DNA of 32,000 nucleotides, from positions 390,001-422,000 of the forward strand of contig NC_014034.1 in the NCBI RefSeq assembly GCF_000021865.1, written 5' to 3'. A program made the position numbers and the translations under genes. Below the pieces are notes generated by a model. It ran no database searches. It was not told the origin of the DNA and saw nothing but the letters and a program-made list of their open reading frames with translations. The stretch comes from Rhodobacter capsulatus SB 1003 (GTDB taxonomy: Bacteria > Pseudomonadota > Alphaproteobacteria > Rhodobacterales > Rhodobacteraceae). This document shows positions 7,519 to 15,630 of the stretch, piece after piece. Numbering within the stretch: position 1 is the first letter of the stretch; the number at the start of each line of letters is the position of its first letter.

Positions 7519-7792
7519 CGTGCCCTCCTGCGCCGCGGTCGCGGCCGATCAACGACAAGCGCACCAGTGGGCGCAACGCGCTGACTGGTGGCGATCCTTG
7601 CACCCGCAAGGACCGGAGGAACCGAACCTCCGGGGAATCTGGGGTGAGTTACGCGAAAAACCCGGGGGAGTCAACGTCAGCCCGGGCAGAGCCGCAAGAG
7701 GCGCGGGGACTTGCCTGCCCGCGGCGAAGTGCGTAATTGCATATCCAAACAAAATACACATGCTTCAGGCATATTTGTTCATGGGTGCACAA

Positions 7793-8683
7793 ATGCGCTT
7801 CGAGAACTGGGACGAGATCCGGACCGCCTATCAGGTCGCCCGGATGGGAACGGTGTCAGGGGCTGCGGAGGTTCTGGGGGTGCATCACGCCACCGTCATC
7901 CGCCATGTCGATGCGCTTGAAACGCGTCTTGGCACGAAACTGTTTCAACGCCATCCGCGGGGATACACGCCGACCGAGGCGGGGCAGCAGTTGCTGGCCG
8001 TCGGTCAGGCGACCGAGGATCAGTTTGCGCAGCTGGCCGCCCGCATCGCCGGGGCAGGCGAGGAAATGCGCGGCGAGCTGATCATCACCTCGCTGCCCGC
8101 CTTGGCCGCGCTGGTGATGCCCGCGATGGCCGAGCTGATGCGGGCGCATCCGGCCCTGGTTTTGCGCTACATCACCGATCCGCGGGTGTTCCGGCTGGAA
8201 TATGGCGAGGCGCATGTGGCGATCCGGGCGGGGGCACGGCCGACCGAGCCCGACAATGTGGTCAGCCAGCTGGGCGTGAACCGCACCGCGCTTTATGCGG
8301 CGCCGGAATATATCGAGCGGCACGGGCGACCGAAGGGGCCGAACGATCTGGCCGGGCATCGCTTCGTCGGGCCGGACAGCCGCGAAAGCCGGGCGCCGTT
8401 CTTCCGCTGGCTGGCGGGGCAGGTGCCGCCCGAGGCGATGGTGTTCATGGCCAACGAGATGGCCTCGCAGCAGGCGGCGATTGAGGCGGGGCTGGGGCTT
8501 GGCTTCCTGCCGGTGCTGCAGGGCCGGGCGATTCCGCGGCTGGTCGAGGTGGTGGCGCCGATGACGGATTGGGACAGCCCGTTCTGGCTGGTGACCCATG
8601 TCGATCTGCACCGCACGCCGAAAGTGCAGGCGGCGCTGAAAGCGCTGCGCTCGGCCGCGGTGCGGCTGGACCCGGGGGGCTAA
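7793..8683 (+). CDS. LysR-family transcriptional regulator
   Basis: Track ORF 7313..8683 trimmed. The N-terminal HTH reads MRFENWDEIRTAYQVARMGTVSGAAEVLGVHHATVIRHVDALETRLGTKLFQRHPRGYTPTEAG, followed by a LysR substrate-binding domain. Alternative in-frame ATGs lie at 7781 and 7760. Confidence 0.9.
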   Translation: MRFENWDEIRTAYQVARMGTVSGAAEVLGVHHATVIRHVDALETRLGTKLFQRHPRGYTPTEAGQQLLAVGQATEDQFAQLAARIAGAGEEMRGELIITSLPALAALVMPAMAELMRAHPALVLRYITDPRVFRLEYGEAHVAIRAGARPTEPDNVVSQLGVNRTALYAAPEYIERHGRPKGPNDLAGHRFVGPDSRESRAPFFRWLAGQVPPEAMVFMANEMASQQAAIEAGLGLGFLPVLQGRAIPRLVEVVAPMTDWDSPFWLVTHVDLHRTPKVQAALKALRSAAVRLDPGG

Positions 8684-8917
8684 GCGCGGCTTGATCTGAC
8701 CGAGGCCATTGCCGAGGTCACGCGCCGCATTTGCCCCGTGACCCCCCGGGGGCCCAAAGGCCCTCGGGCAGCGCCCGCCCCGCCCATGGCGGGCGCTTCT
8801 CGCCCGCCGGGGCTGGGCGCTGCCCTCTGTCAGGCTTGTGGAACCGGTCCTGTCCCCGCGGTTGCCCCGGCGGGCGGGGAAAAGCGGTGCTTTTCCTGAT
8901 CCGCCCGAACCGAGGTC

Positions 8918-10075
8918 TCAGACCCCCGCCGTTTCCGGCGCGGTCGAATGCGGCTTGATGTATTCGCGCACGGCGGCAAAGGCCCATTGCACGGTCAGCC
9001 CGCCCAGGATCAACACGGTATCTTGCCAGAACCCGCCCGGATGCGAGGTCTTCACCGCTTGGCTGAAGATCGCCAGCACGGTCCCCAGCGCAAAGACCTG
9101 CAGCCCCTGCTTGCCCATGGTGCGGATCGGCTTCATCACGCGCGACGCGGCGATGGCTGGCACGAGCCAGGGCAGCGACAGGATATAGGCCAGCGCCAGG
9201 AAATGCGTCAGCCGCGGCCCGGACACATAGGTCTTGTCGAAATCGACGAGGAAGCGGGGCACGTCATATTGCAGGATCGTCCAGATCACATGGCCGAAGG
9301 TCGCCTGCAGCTCCGGCGATTGCGCCCAGAAGGCGCTGAAGACGAGCCAGATCACCGCGGGCACCATCAGCGCCTTCCAGATCGGCACGAACCGCTCGCC
9401 CCGGCGCAGGAAAAGCCCGGTCAGGATGCCCAGCGAAAACAGAAGCTGCCAGGAGAACGGGTTGAAGAACCAGCCGCCGTCAAAGGGATAATTCGGCAGA
9501 TCGAGCCCATACCAGCCCGCGAAGGCCCAAAGCCCGACGGTAAAGGCCAAAAGCCCCATCGGTTTTCGCTGTCCCAAGCGGATCAGGAACGGCGCCCAGA
9601 GCAGCAGAACCGCATACATCGGCAGGATGTTCACATAGCCAAGCTGATGGCCGAGCGTCGCGATGCCGACAAGGAAGGCGAGGGGGGTCTCGGTCAGCGG
9701 GCCGAAAGCGTTGTGTTTCAGCATCTCGCCGCCGCCGAACCACAGCGTCGCCCCGGCGGCAATCGCGATTGCCCAGGCCGAGATGAAGATATGCACCAGA
9801 TAAAGCAACCACGCCCGGCCCCAGCATTTGCGGATGCCGGGCCAGTTCAGCCCGTCCTTGATCTTCGGCCCGTAAGCCAGCGCCGCGGCGCAGCCCGACA
9901 TGAAGACGAAGCCCTCGGCCGCGTCGGACAGACCGTAATTGCGCGAGGTGAAGTTCTCGTAGAGCGTCCCCGGCACGTGGTTCATGTAGATCATCACGAG
10001 GCTGACGCCCCGGAAGAAGTCCAGCCGGGGGTCGCGGGCGCCGCTGGCAAGCGGTGCGTGGGTGTGATCAGCCAT
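8918..10075 (-). CDS. opgC: OpgC, a membrane acyltransferase-like protein for succinylation of osmoregulated periplasmic glucans
   Basis: Track ORF 8918..10165 trimmed to the ATG at 10075, which overlaps the opgH stop by 8 nt. The 385-aa polytopic membrane protein begins MADHTHAPLASGARDPRLDFFRGVSLVMIYMNHVPG. It sits directly downstream of opgGIH, as in the R. sphaeroides opgGIHC operon. Confidence 0.85.
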   Translation of the reverse strand: MADHTHAPLASGARDPRLDFFRGVSLVMIYMNHVPGTLYENFTSRNYGLSDAAEGFVFMSGCAAALAYGPKIKDGLNWPGIRKCWGRAWLLYLVHIFISAWAIAIAAGATLWFGGGEMLKHNAFGPLTETPLAFLVGIATLGHQLGYVNILPMYAVLLLWAPFLIRLGQRKPMGLLAFTVGLWAFAGWYGLDLPNYPFDGGWFFNPFSWQLLFSLGILTGLFLRRGERFVPIWKALMVPAVIWLVFSAFWAQSPELQATFGHVIWTILQYDVPRFLVDFDKTYVSGPRLTHFLALAYILSLPWLVPAIAASRVMKPIRTMGKQGLQVFALGTVLAIFSQAVKTSHPGGFWQDTVLILGGLTVQWAFAAVREYIKPHSTAPETAGV

Positions 10076-11897
10076 GATGCGCGGACAACTCTTTCTTCGG
10101 TTGTCGCGCGTCTTGTTCCTGTTCGGTCTCGGCGTCAAGTGCCCAACGATTGAGCACTTCGTCATGCAGCTTCACCACGGCCGGTTTCGCATATTCGCTG
10201 GGAACCCCCATCAGCCGTGACCGCGAGGGCCGCGAGGACCAGGACAGGATCAGCGGCGAAAACACCATCGGCAGACCGACCGGAAGCAGCCACAACAGCA
10301 GGCCGGGGGCGAAAAACCACGTCGTCATAAGGCCGACAAGGCCGATGGTGACGATCCAATGCGAGGCGGCGAAGCTGTCCTTGAGGCTGAGCGTGCCGTC
10401 GCCGCGGTTGTTGGTGGGCCAGCCACCGTCGCGGCCCATCACCACCTGCAGCACCGAACGCGTCGAATACATCAGCAGAACCGGCGCGGTGATCGACGAG
10501 AGCGCCAGTTCCGACAGCGTCGACGCAAAGCCGAGCGCCGCCCCCCCGAAACCTTTTGCCGCACCCGTCAGCGCCATCCGCGTGGCGATCAGCACCTTGG
10601 GCAGGAACAGAAGACCGAAGATGCCGATGGCAAGGCTGATCGCCTTGGAGGCTTCGGAGGGCGGGAAATAGGGAATCGGCCAGTAAGGCGTCGGGAAGTA
10701 ATCCGGCGGCGGCGCCAGCAGCGGCGCGGCGATCGAGGCCAGGATGAACCCCACCCAGAACAGGGGCGCGATATAGGCCATGATCCCTTGCGAGAAGACG
10801 AAACGCGACCACAGCCGCAGCCCCGGGGCACCGATGATCCGGCTGTGCTGCAGGTTGCCCTGGCACCAGCGCCGGTCGCGCTTGGCGTGATCGACGATGT
10901 TTTCCGGGCCTTCCTCGTAGCTGCCGCCCAGATCGTCATCAAGCCGCACGATCCAGCCCGCCCGCGCCAGCAGCGCGGCTTCGACGTAATCGTGGCTCAT
11001 CACGTGACCGCCAAAGGGCGGCTTGCCCTTGAGCGCGGGCAGGCCGCAGCTTTCGGCAAAGGCGCGGGTGCGCACGATGGCATTGTGCCCCCAGAACGGG
11101 CCGGTTTCGCCCTGCACCATGGCCAGACCCCGGGCGAAGACGGGCGAGAAGAACGAGGCGGCAAATTGCATCGCCCGACCAAAGCGCGACCGCGCCCGGA
11201 TCACCTTGGGCAGGGTCTGCAACAGGCCGAGACGCGGTTCGGCCTCCATCCGGCGGATCATTTGCAGAATGGTCTCGCCTTCCATCAGACTGTCGGCATC
11301 GAGGATCACGGCGTAATCATAGGCGCCGCCCGAACGGGTGATGAAATCCTCGATATTGCCCGCCTTCTTGCCGGTGTTCAGCTCGCGCCGACGATAGAAG
11401 AAACGGCCCACCGCGTTGCGTTCCGCCACGAGGCGCGCGAAGATCAGCTTTTCCCGCGCCGCGATCAGATCGTTGCGGGTGTCGGACAGAACGGCGAAAT
11501 GCACCGAAGCCGCATCGCCCGTGGCCGCCAGCGAGGCATCCATCGCGGCGATCCGGGCGAATGTCACCAGCGGATCTTCGTTATAGACCGGGACCAGAAC
11601 GACGGTGCGGCCCCTGATCGGGGCCTTCGGGTCGTATTTCGGCGGCCGGGCGCGGCTGGGCAGGCCGATCATCGCGACCGTGGCCCCCAGCGCCAGCCAT
11701 TGCGTTGAGATCAGGATCAAGACCGCCCGCGTCACATCGAGCGCGTCGATCCCGTCGACCGAGCCGAACTGCAGGAACAGGATGAAGGCGCCAATCCCCG
11801 CGATCAGGCTGAAGGCGATGGCAAGAAAACGCAGGGCGTAAAGCCCTGCGCGTGAGGCGAGCGAGCGCGCCATGATCTCAGTGGCCGGTGCCGACAT
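10068..11897 (-). CDS. opgH: Glucans biosynthesis glucosyltransferase H (OpgH/MdoH, GT2)
   Basis: 609 aa. It has N-terminal TM segments, then VVLVPVYNEDP...FAVLSDT...YRRRELNTGKKAGNI...ILDADS...RDRRWCQGNLQH, followed by multiple C-terminal TM segments. An alternative start (ATG 11873, MARSLAS) lies 4 nt after the opgI stop. Confidence 0.95.
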   Translation of the reverse strand: MSAPATEIMARSLASRAGLYALRFLAIAFSLIAGIGAFILFLQFGSVDGIDALDVTRAVLILISTQWLALGATVAMIGLPSRARPPKYDPKAPIRGRTVVLVPVYNEDPLVTFARIAAMDASLAATGDAASVHFAVLSDTRNDLIAAREKLIFARLVAERNAVGRFFYRRRELNTGKKAGNIEDFITRSGGAYDYAVILDADSLMEGETILQMIRRMEAEPRLGLLQTLPKVIRARSRFGRAMQFAASFFSPVFARGLAMVQGETGPFWGHNAIVRTRAFAESCGLPALKGKPPFGGHVMSHDYVEAALLARAGWIVRLDDDLGGSYEEGPENIVDHAKRDRRWCQGNLQHSRIIGAPGLRLWSRFVFSQGIMAYIAPLFWVGFILASIAAPLLAPPPDYFPTPYWPIPYFPPSEASKAISLAIGIFGLLFLPKVLIATRMALTGAAKGFGGAALGFASTLSELALSSITAPVLLMYSTRSVLQVVMGRDGGWPTNNRGDGTLSLKDSFAASHWIVTIGLVGLMTTWFFAPGLLLWLLPVGLPMVFSPLILSWSSRPSRSRLMGVPSEYAKPAVVKLHDEVLNRWALDAETEQEQDARQPKKELSAHHG

Positions 11898-12078
11898 GCG
11901 CGGCCTGCAGATGCAGACCGGCGAGCAGACGACGGATCAGCCCGCTTTGCGGTTCGATCACCTGATGCGGCATCGCCATCGGCGCCACCGGCAGGGCACA
12001 GGGCCCGGCAATCAGCGCATCGGGGGTCAGAACGGCTTCGGACGCGAGCGCAGTGAGAGAGGAGGTATGCGCGGTCAT
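11878..12078 (-). CDS. opgI: Small ORF in the opgI position between opgG and opgH
   Basis: Track ORF 11878..12090. The ATG at 12078 overlaps the opgG stop (ATGA) and gives 66 aa (MTAHTSSLTALASEAVLTPDALIAGPCALPV...). The 3' end overlaps or abuts the opgH start. The call rests on position only, since a small opgI between opgG and opgH was reported as required for glucan synthesis in R. sphaeroides. I could not verify sequence homology. Confidence 0.5.
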   Translation of the reverse strand: MTAHTSSLTALASEAVLTPDALIAGPCALPVAPMAMPHQVIEPQSGLIRRLLAGLHLQAAHVGTGH

Positions 12079-13685
12079 GCGTGGATCCATTGATAGAGCC
12101 AGGTTTCGGTCAGCTTGCGACCATATCCTGCGATATGGGCAGCCAGTTCGACAGTGTCACCCCCGGTCGGCTTCACATCCATGACAAGACGCCAGATTCC
12201 GTCGGTGGTGTTGCGGGAGAGCACTTTCGTCACGATTTCGCCATTCCAGGCATTGGCGACGATGGTCAGGTTCTCGGCCTCGTCATGGCCAAGGCTGTCC
12301 ATCAGCCCGCCGACGAAATCGATCACGAACTTGCGCGTGCCATCGGTGTTCTGCACGCCCGAAACCCCACCCTCGCCGGTGCGGGTTTCCCTGACATGAG
12401 CGCGGTCGTCGAAATCCTCGAATTCCAGATCGCCCCAGCGCAGCCGATAGCTGAACTCGCGGCTTTCGCCCGCCTTCGCGGGCGCATCCGGGATCCAGAA
12501 GGCGACGATATTGTCGTTCACCTCCAGATCCGAGGGGATCTCGACCAGACGGATCACGCCCTTGCCCCAGTCGCCGATCGGTTCGACCACGCAGGAGGGA
12601 CGTTTTTCGTAATGCGCGGCATCGTCCTGATAATGGTCGAATTCGCGGTCGCGCTGGTAAAGCCCGAAGGATTTCGGCGCGGTTTCCGAGAAATAGGACG
12701 AGGCCAGCCGCGACGGATTCGCCAGCGGCCGCCACAGGATGTCGCCATCGGCGCGCACGATGCCCAGCCCGTCGCTGTCATGCACTTTCGGGCGGTAATC
12801 GTCGAAATCCTTGCGGTTGCGTTCCGAGAACAGGAACATCGAAGTCAGCGGCGCGATGCCCAGCTGCTGCACGTCGGACCGGAAGAAGAGCCGGGCCGTC
12901 ACCTCCATCACCGTCTCGAAGCCCGGACGGATGACGAACTGATAGGCGCCCGTCAGCGAGGCGCTTTCCAGCGCCGCCCAGATCGTGATCGTCTCGCCGC
13001 CCGGTTCGGGGCGCTGGATCCAGAAGCGGGTGAAGCGCGGGAATTCCTCGGCCACCGAGAGGCCGGTGTTCACCGCCAGGCCACGCGCCGAGAGGCCATA
13101 GGCCGAATTGCGGCCAAGGGCGCGGAAATAGGAGGCGCCCTGAAACGCCACCAGCTCGTCGAAGACATCGGGGCGGTTGAGCGGCGTGTGCAGGCGGAAC
13201 CCGGCGACGCCCGGCAACGCCACATGCAGCGGAACCTTGTCGCGGCTTTCGCGCTCGTAGATGAAATCGTCGGTGTCAAAGCCCATCGGCAGCGTCTGCC
13301 CGCCGATCACCTCGTTCAGCAGAACGGGTTCCTTGAACAGCCAGCCCATGTGGAAGGCATGCAGCTGGAAATGCGTGCGTTCGACATCGGCAAAGCGGGC
13401 CTTGGCCGGATCGAAGCGGATCAGCCGGTAAAGGTCGTAGGTGAGCTGGTTGAGGAAGCTGTCGGGCAGCACCATCGGCGCATCGGGACCGGCGGCGGCC
13501 AGGGCGCGCATCTCTTCGGCGAGCGTGTCGAAGCTGAAGGGCTTTTGCGGCGGCGCAGCGGGCACGTCGATCGGCGCGGGCGGGGTGGTTTCCTGCGCAT
13601 GGGCACTGCGCGGCACGGCCCCGGTCCCGGCCAGGATCGCAGCCGAGGAGAGCGTCACCAGAAGGTGGCGGCGGGTCATCATCAT
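12075..13685 (-). CDS. opgG: Periplasmic glucans biosynthesis protein G/D family with a twin-arginine signal
   Basis: Track ORF 12075..13754 trimmed to the first ATG of MMMTRRHLLVTLSSAAILAGTGAVPRSAHA, a Tat-type signal (TRRHLL plus h-region plus AHA). The mature part (FQGASYFRALG...FPRFTRFWI...GLYQRDREFDHYQDD...) matches MdoG/MdoD-type proteins. Confidence 0.93.
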   Translation of the reverse strand: MMMTRRHLLVTLSSAAILAGTGAVPRSAHAQETTPPAPIDVPAAPPQKPFSFDTLAEEMRALAAAGPDAPMVLPDSFLNQLTYDLYRLIRFDPAKARFADVERTHFQLHAFHMGWLFKEPVLLNEVIGGQTLPMGFDTDDFIYERESRDKVPLHVALPGVAGFRLHTPLNRPDVFDELVAFQGASYFRALGRNSAYGLSARGLAVNTGLSVAEEFPRFTRFWIQRPEPGGETITIWAALESASLTGAYQFVIRPGFETVMEVTARLFFRSDVQQLGIAPLTSMFLFSERNRKDFDDYRPKVHDSDGLGIVRADGDILWRPLANPSRLASSYFSETAPKSFGLYQRDREFDHYQDDAAHYEKRPSCVVEPIGDWGKGVIRLVEIPSDLEVNDNIVAFWIPDAPAKAGESREFSYRLRWGDLEFEDFDDRAHVRETRTGEGGVSGVQNTDGTRKFVIDFVGGLMDSLGHDEAENLTIVANAWNGEIVTKVLSRNTTDGIWRLVMDVKPTGGDTVELAAHIAGYGRKLTETWLYQWIHA

Positions 13686-13863
13686 GGAGGCTTCGTTCCG
13701 GCTGGAGGGCATCTGTTTTCTATGCAAAGTCAGATAGTTCCAGAGGCCGCTCAAGGGCGCCCCCGTTTGCCGTTTCTATAGCCACAGTGCTTAAAAACTG
13801 GCAAGAGAGTTTGCGTAACAGATGTGTCAAATGGGCGCTGTCCCGCCGGTTTCGGCGCAAAGT

Positions 13864-13900
13864 TGCGCAACTTCCCGCGCATCCGTCAGGAAGTTGCGCA
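13864..13900. promoter_or_regulatory. Perfect 12-bp inverted repeat (TGCGCAACTTCC-N13-GGAAGTTGCGCA) in the opgG/nhaD divergent region; candidate operator
   Basis: The arms lie at 13864-13875 and 13889-13900 and are exact reverse complements. They sit within a cluster of TGCGCA palindromes (13864-69, 13895-900, 13904-09) in the least GC-rich part of the 454-bp intergenic region. Confidence 0.4.
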
Positions 13901-14139
13901 TTCTGCGCAGGCAAAGCGGATTTTCCCGATTTCGATACATGTTTTAGCCGGTTTGAGCCGGTTTTTCCGCAGCTGCACAGGCCCGCCCGGCGCCCGGCGG
14001 CGGGGGGTGAGTCGCGCCCGCCCGGCCCGCAGTTTGCGCCGCGCCGCGCAGTCCGCGTGCCAGCCCGTGATCGGCGCCGCGGGCGCTCTTGTGACACCGG
14101 GGCAGGCTGGATAAACCGATGCAAACAGCCGGAGGGACC

Positions 14140-15465
14140 ATGGAACAACTCGATCTGACCGGAAGCATCTTCGGCATTCTGTCGGTGATGATCTTCCTTG
14201 GCGCTTATGCGCTTGTGGTGATGGAAGAGACCACCCACATGCGCAAGTCGAAGCCGGTGATGCTGGCCGCAGGGCTGATCTGGATGCTGATCGGCATCGC
14301 CTATGCCCGCCACGGTCTTTCCGATCTGGCGCATGAAAAGGCCACCCATATCGTCGAGGAATATGGCGAGCTGTTCCTGTTCCTGCTGGTCGCCATCACC
14401 TATGTCAACACGCTCGAGGAGCGCCGGGTCTTCGACGCGCTGCGGGCGAAACTGATCGGCATGGGGCTGAGCTATCGCAAGCTGTTCTGGCTGACCGGGA
14501 TCATCGCCTTCTTCCTCTCGGGCATTCTTGACAACCTGACGACGGCGCTGGTGATGGGAACGGTGGTGGTCGCGGTCGGGCGTGCGGCGCCGAAATTCGT
14601 GATGATCGGCTGCATCTCGATCGTGGTTGCGGCGAATGCGGGCGGCGCCTTCACCCCCTTTGGCGACATCACCACGCTGATGGTCTGGCAAAAGGGCGTG
14701 ATCGAGTTCTTCGAATTCTTCGACCTGTTCCTTCCCTCGCTGGTGAACTGGCTGGTGCCCGCGGCCATCATGTCCTTTGCGATCCCGAACGAGATGCCCG
14801 CCCGGACCGAGGACAACGCAAGGATGAAGCCCGGCGGGGCAATGGTGATCGTGCTGTTCGGCCTGACCATCGGTTCTGCGATCAGTTTCAAGAACTTCCT
14901 GCATCTGCCCCCGGCGATGGGGATGATGCTGGGGCTGGGCTATCTGCAGATCTATTCCTATTTCCTGACCCGCAACGGGCGGCGCCAGCACAACACCGAG
15001 CTGGTTCTGGACAGTTTCAAGCAGTTCGAACGGGTGGAATGGGACACGCTTCTGTTCTTCTTCGGCATCATCTTTGCCGTCGGCGGGCTGGGGGTTCTGG
15101 GCTATCTCGACATGCTGTCGGTGGCGCTTTACGACGGGCTTGGCGCGACCGCGGCCAACACCATCCTTGGTATCATGTCGGCGGTGGTCGACAACATCCC
15201 GCTGATGTTTGCGGTGTTGACGATGGAGCCCGACATGAGCCACGGGCAATGGCTTCTGATCACGCTGACCTGCGGCGTCGGCGGCTCGCTTTTGTCGATC
15301 GGTTCGGCGGCCGGGGTGGCGCTGATGGGGCAGGCGCGGGGGCATTATTCGTTCTCGGGGCATCTGAAATGGAGCTGGGCGATCGCGCTGGGCTATTTCG
15401 CCGCGATCGGCGTGCATCTGCTGCTGAACGCGCACCTCTTCGAAGTGGCGGTCCGGCCGCACTGA
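14140..15465 (+). CDS. nhaD: NhaD-family Na+/H+ antiporter
   Basis: Track ORF 14119..15465 trimmed to the ATG at 14140, preceded by GGAGGGACC. The 441-aa polytopic membrane protein contains LSGILDNLTTALVMG...AANAGGAFTPFGDITTLMVW...VVDNIPLMFAVL...GGSLLSIGSAAG, the typical NhaD/ArsB-superfamily pattern. Confidence 0.9.
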   Translation: MEQLDLTGSIFGILSVMIFLGAYALVVMEETTHMRKSKPVMLAAGLIWMLIGIAYARHGLSDLAHEKATHIVEEYGELFLFLLVAITYVNTLEERRVFDALRAKLIGMGLSYRKLFWLTGIIAFFLSGILDNLTTALVMGTVVVAVGRAAPKFVMIGCISIVVAANAGGAFTPFGDITTLMVWQKGVIEFFEFFDLFLPSLVNWLVPAAIMSFAIPNEMPARTEDNARMKPGGAMVIVLFGLTIGSAISFKNFLHLPPAMGMMLGLGYLQIYSYFLTRNGRRQHNTELVLDSFKQFERVEWDTLLFFFGIIFAVGGLGVLGYLDMLSVALYDGLGATAANTILGIMSAVVDNIPLMFAVLTMEPDMSHGQWLLITLTCGVGGSLLSIGSAAGVALMGQARGHYSFSGHLKWSWAIALGYFAAIGVHLLLNAHLFEVAVRPH

Positions 15466-15485
15466 TCGCCGCTGCGGCACACCAA

Positions 15486-15518
15486 GGCCCGGGACCTGCG
15501 TCCCGGGCCTTTTTCTTT
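15486..15518 (+). terminator. Rho-independent terminator downstream of nhaD
   Basis: GGCCCGGGAC-ctgc-GTCCCGGGCC (10-bp perfect stem) is followed by TTTTTCTTT. It starts 21 nt after the nhaD stop. Confidence 0.8.
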
Positions 15519-15630
15519 GCGCCTTGCGGTGGCAACATATGCGCTCCATGCATGGATGCGCGTCGAAATGGCTGCGGCCCGGGCGTTGCCTTGGCGCTTC
15601 GGCCATGGTCAGGTGAGACCGGAGGGAGCC

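Noticed and set aside
8718-8987. ORFs 8718..8987 (-) and 8731..8958 (+) in the LysR/opgC convergent spacer.
   Set aside because: They are mutually antisense and Arg/Pro/Gly-rich. They overlap the 3' end of opgC and coincide with the GC hairpin tract. There is no RBS and no motif, so they are better explained as structured non-coding sequence.
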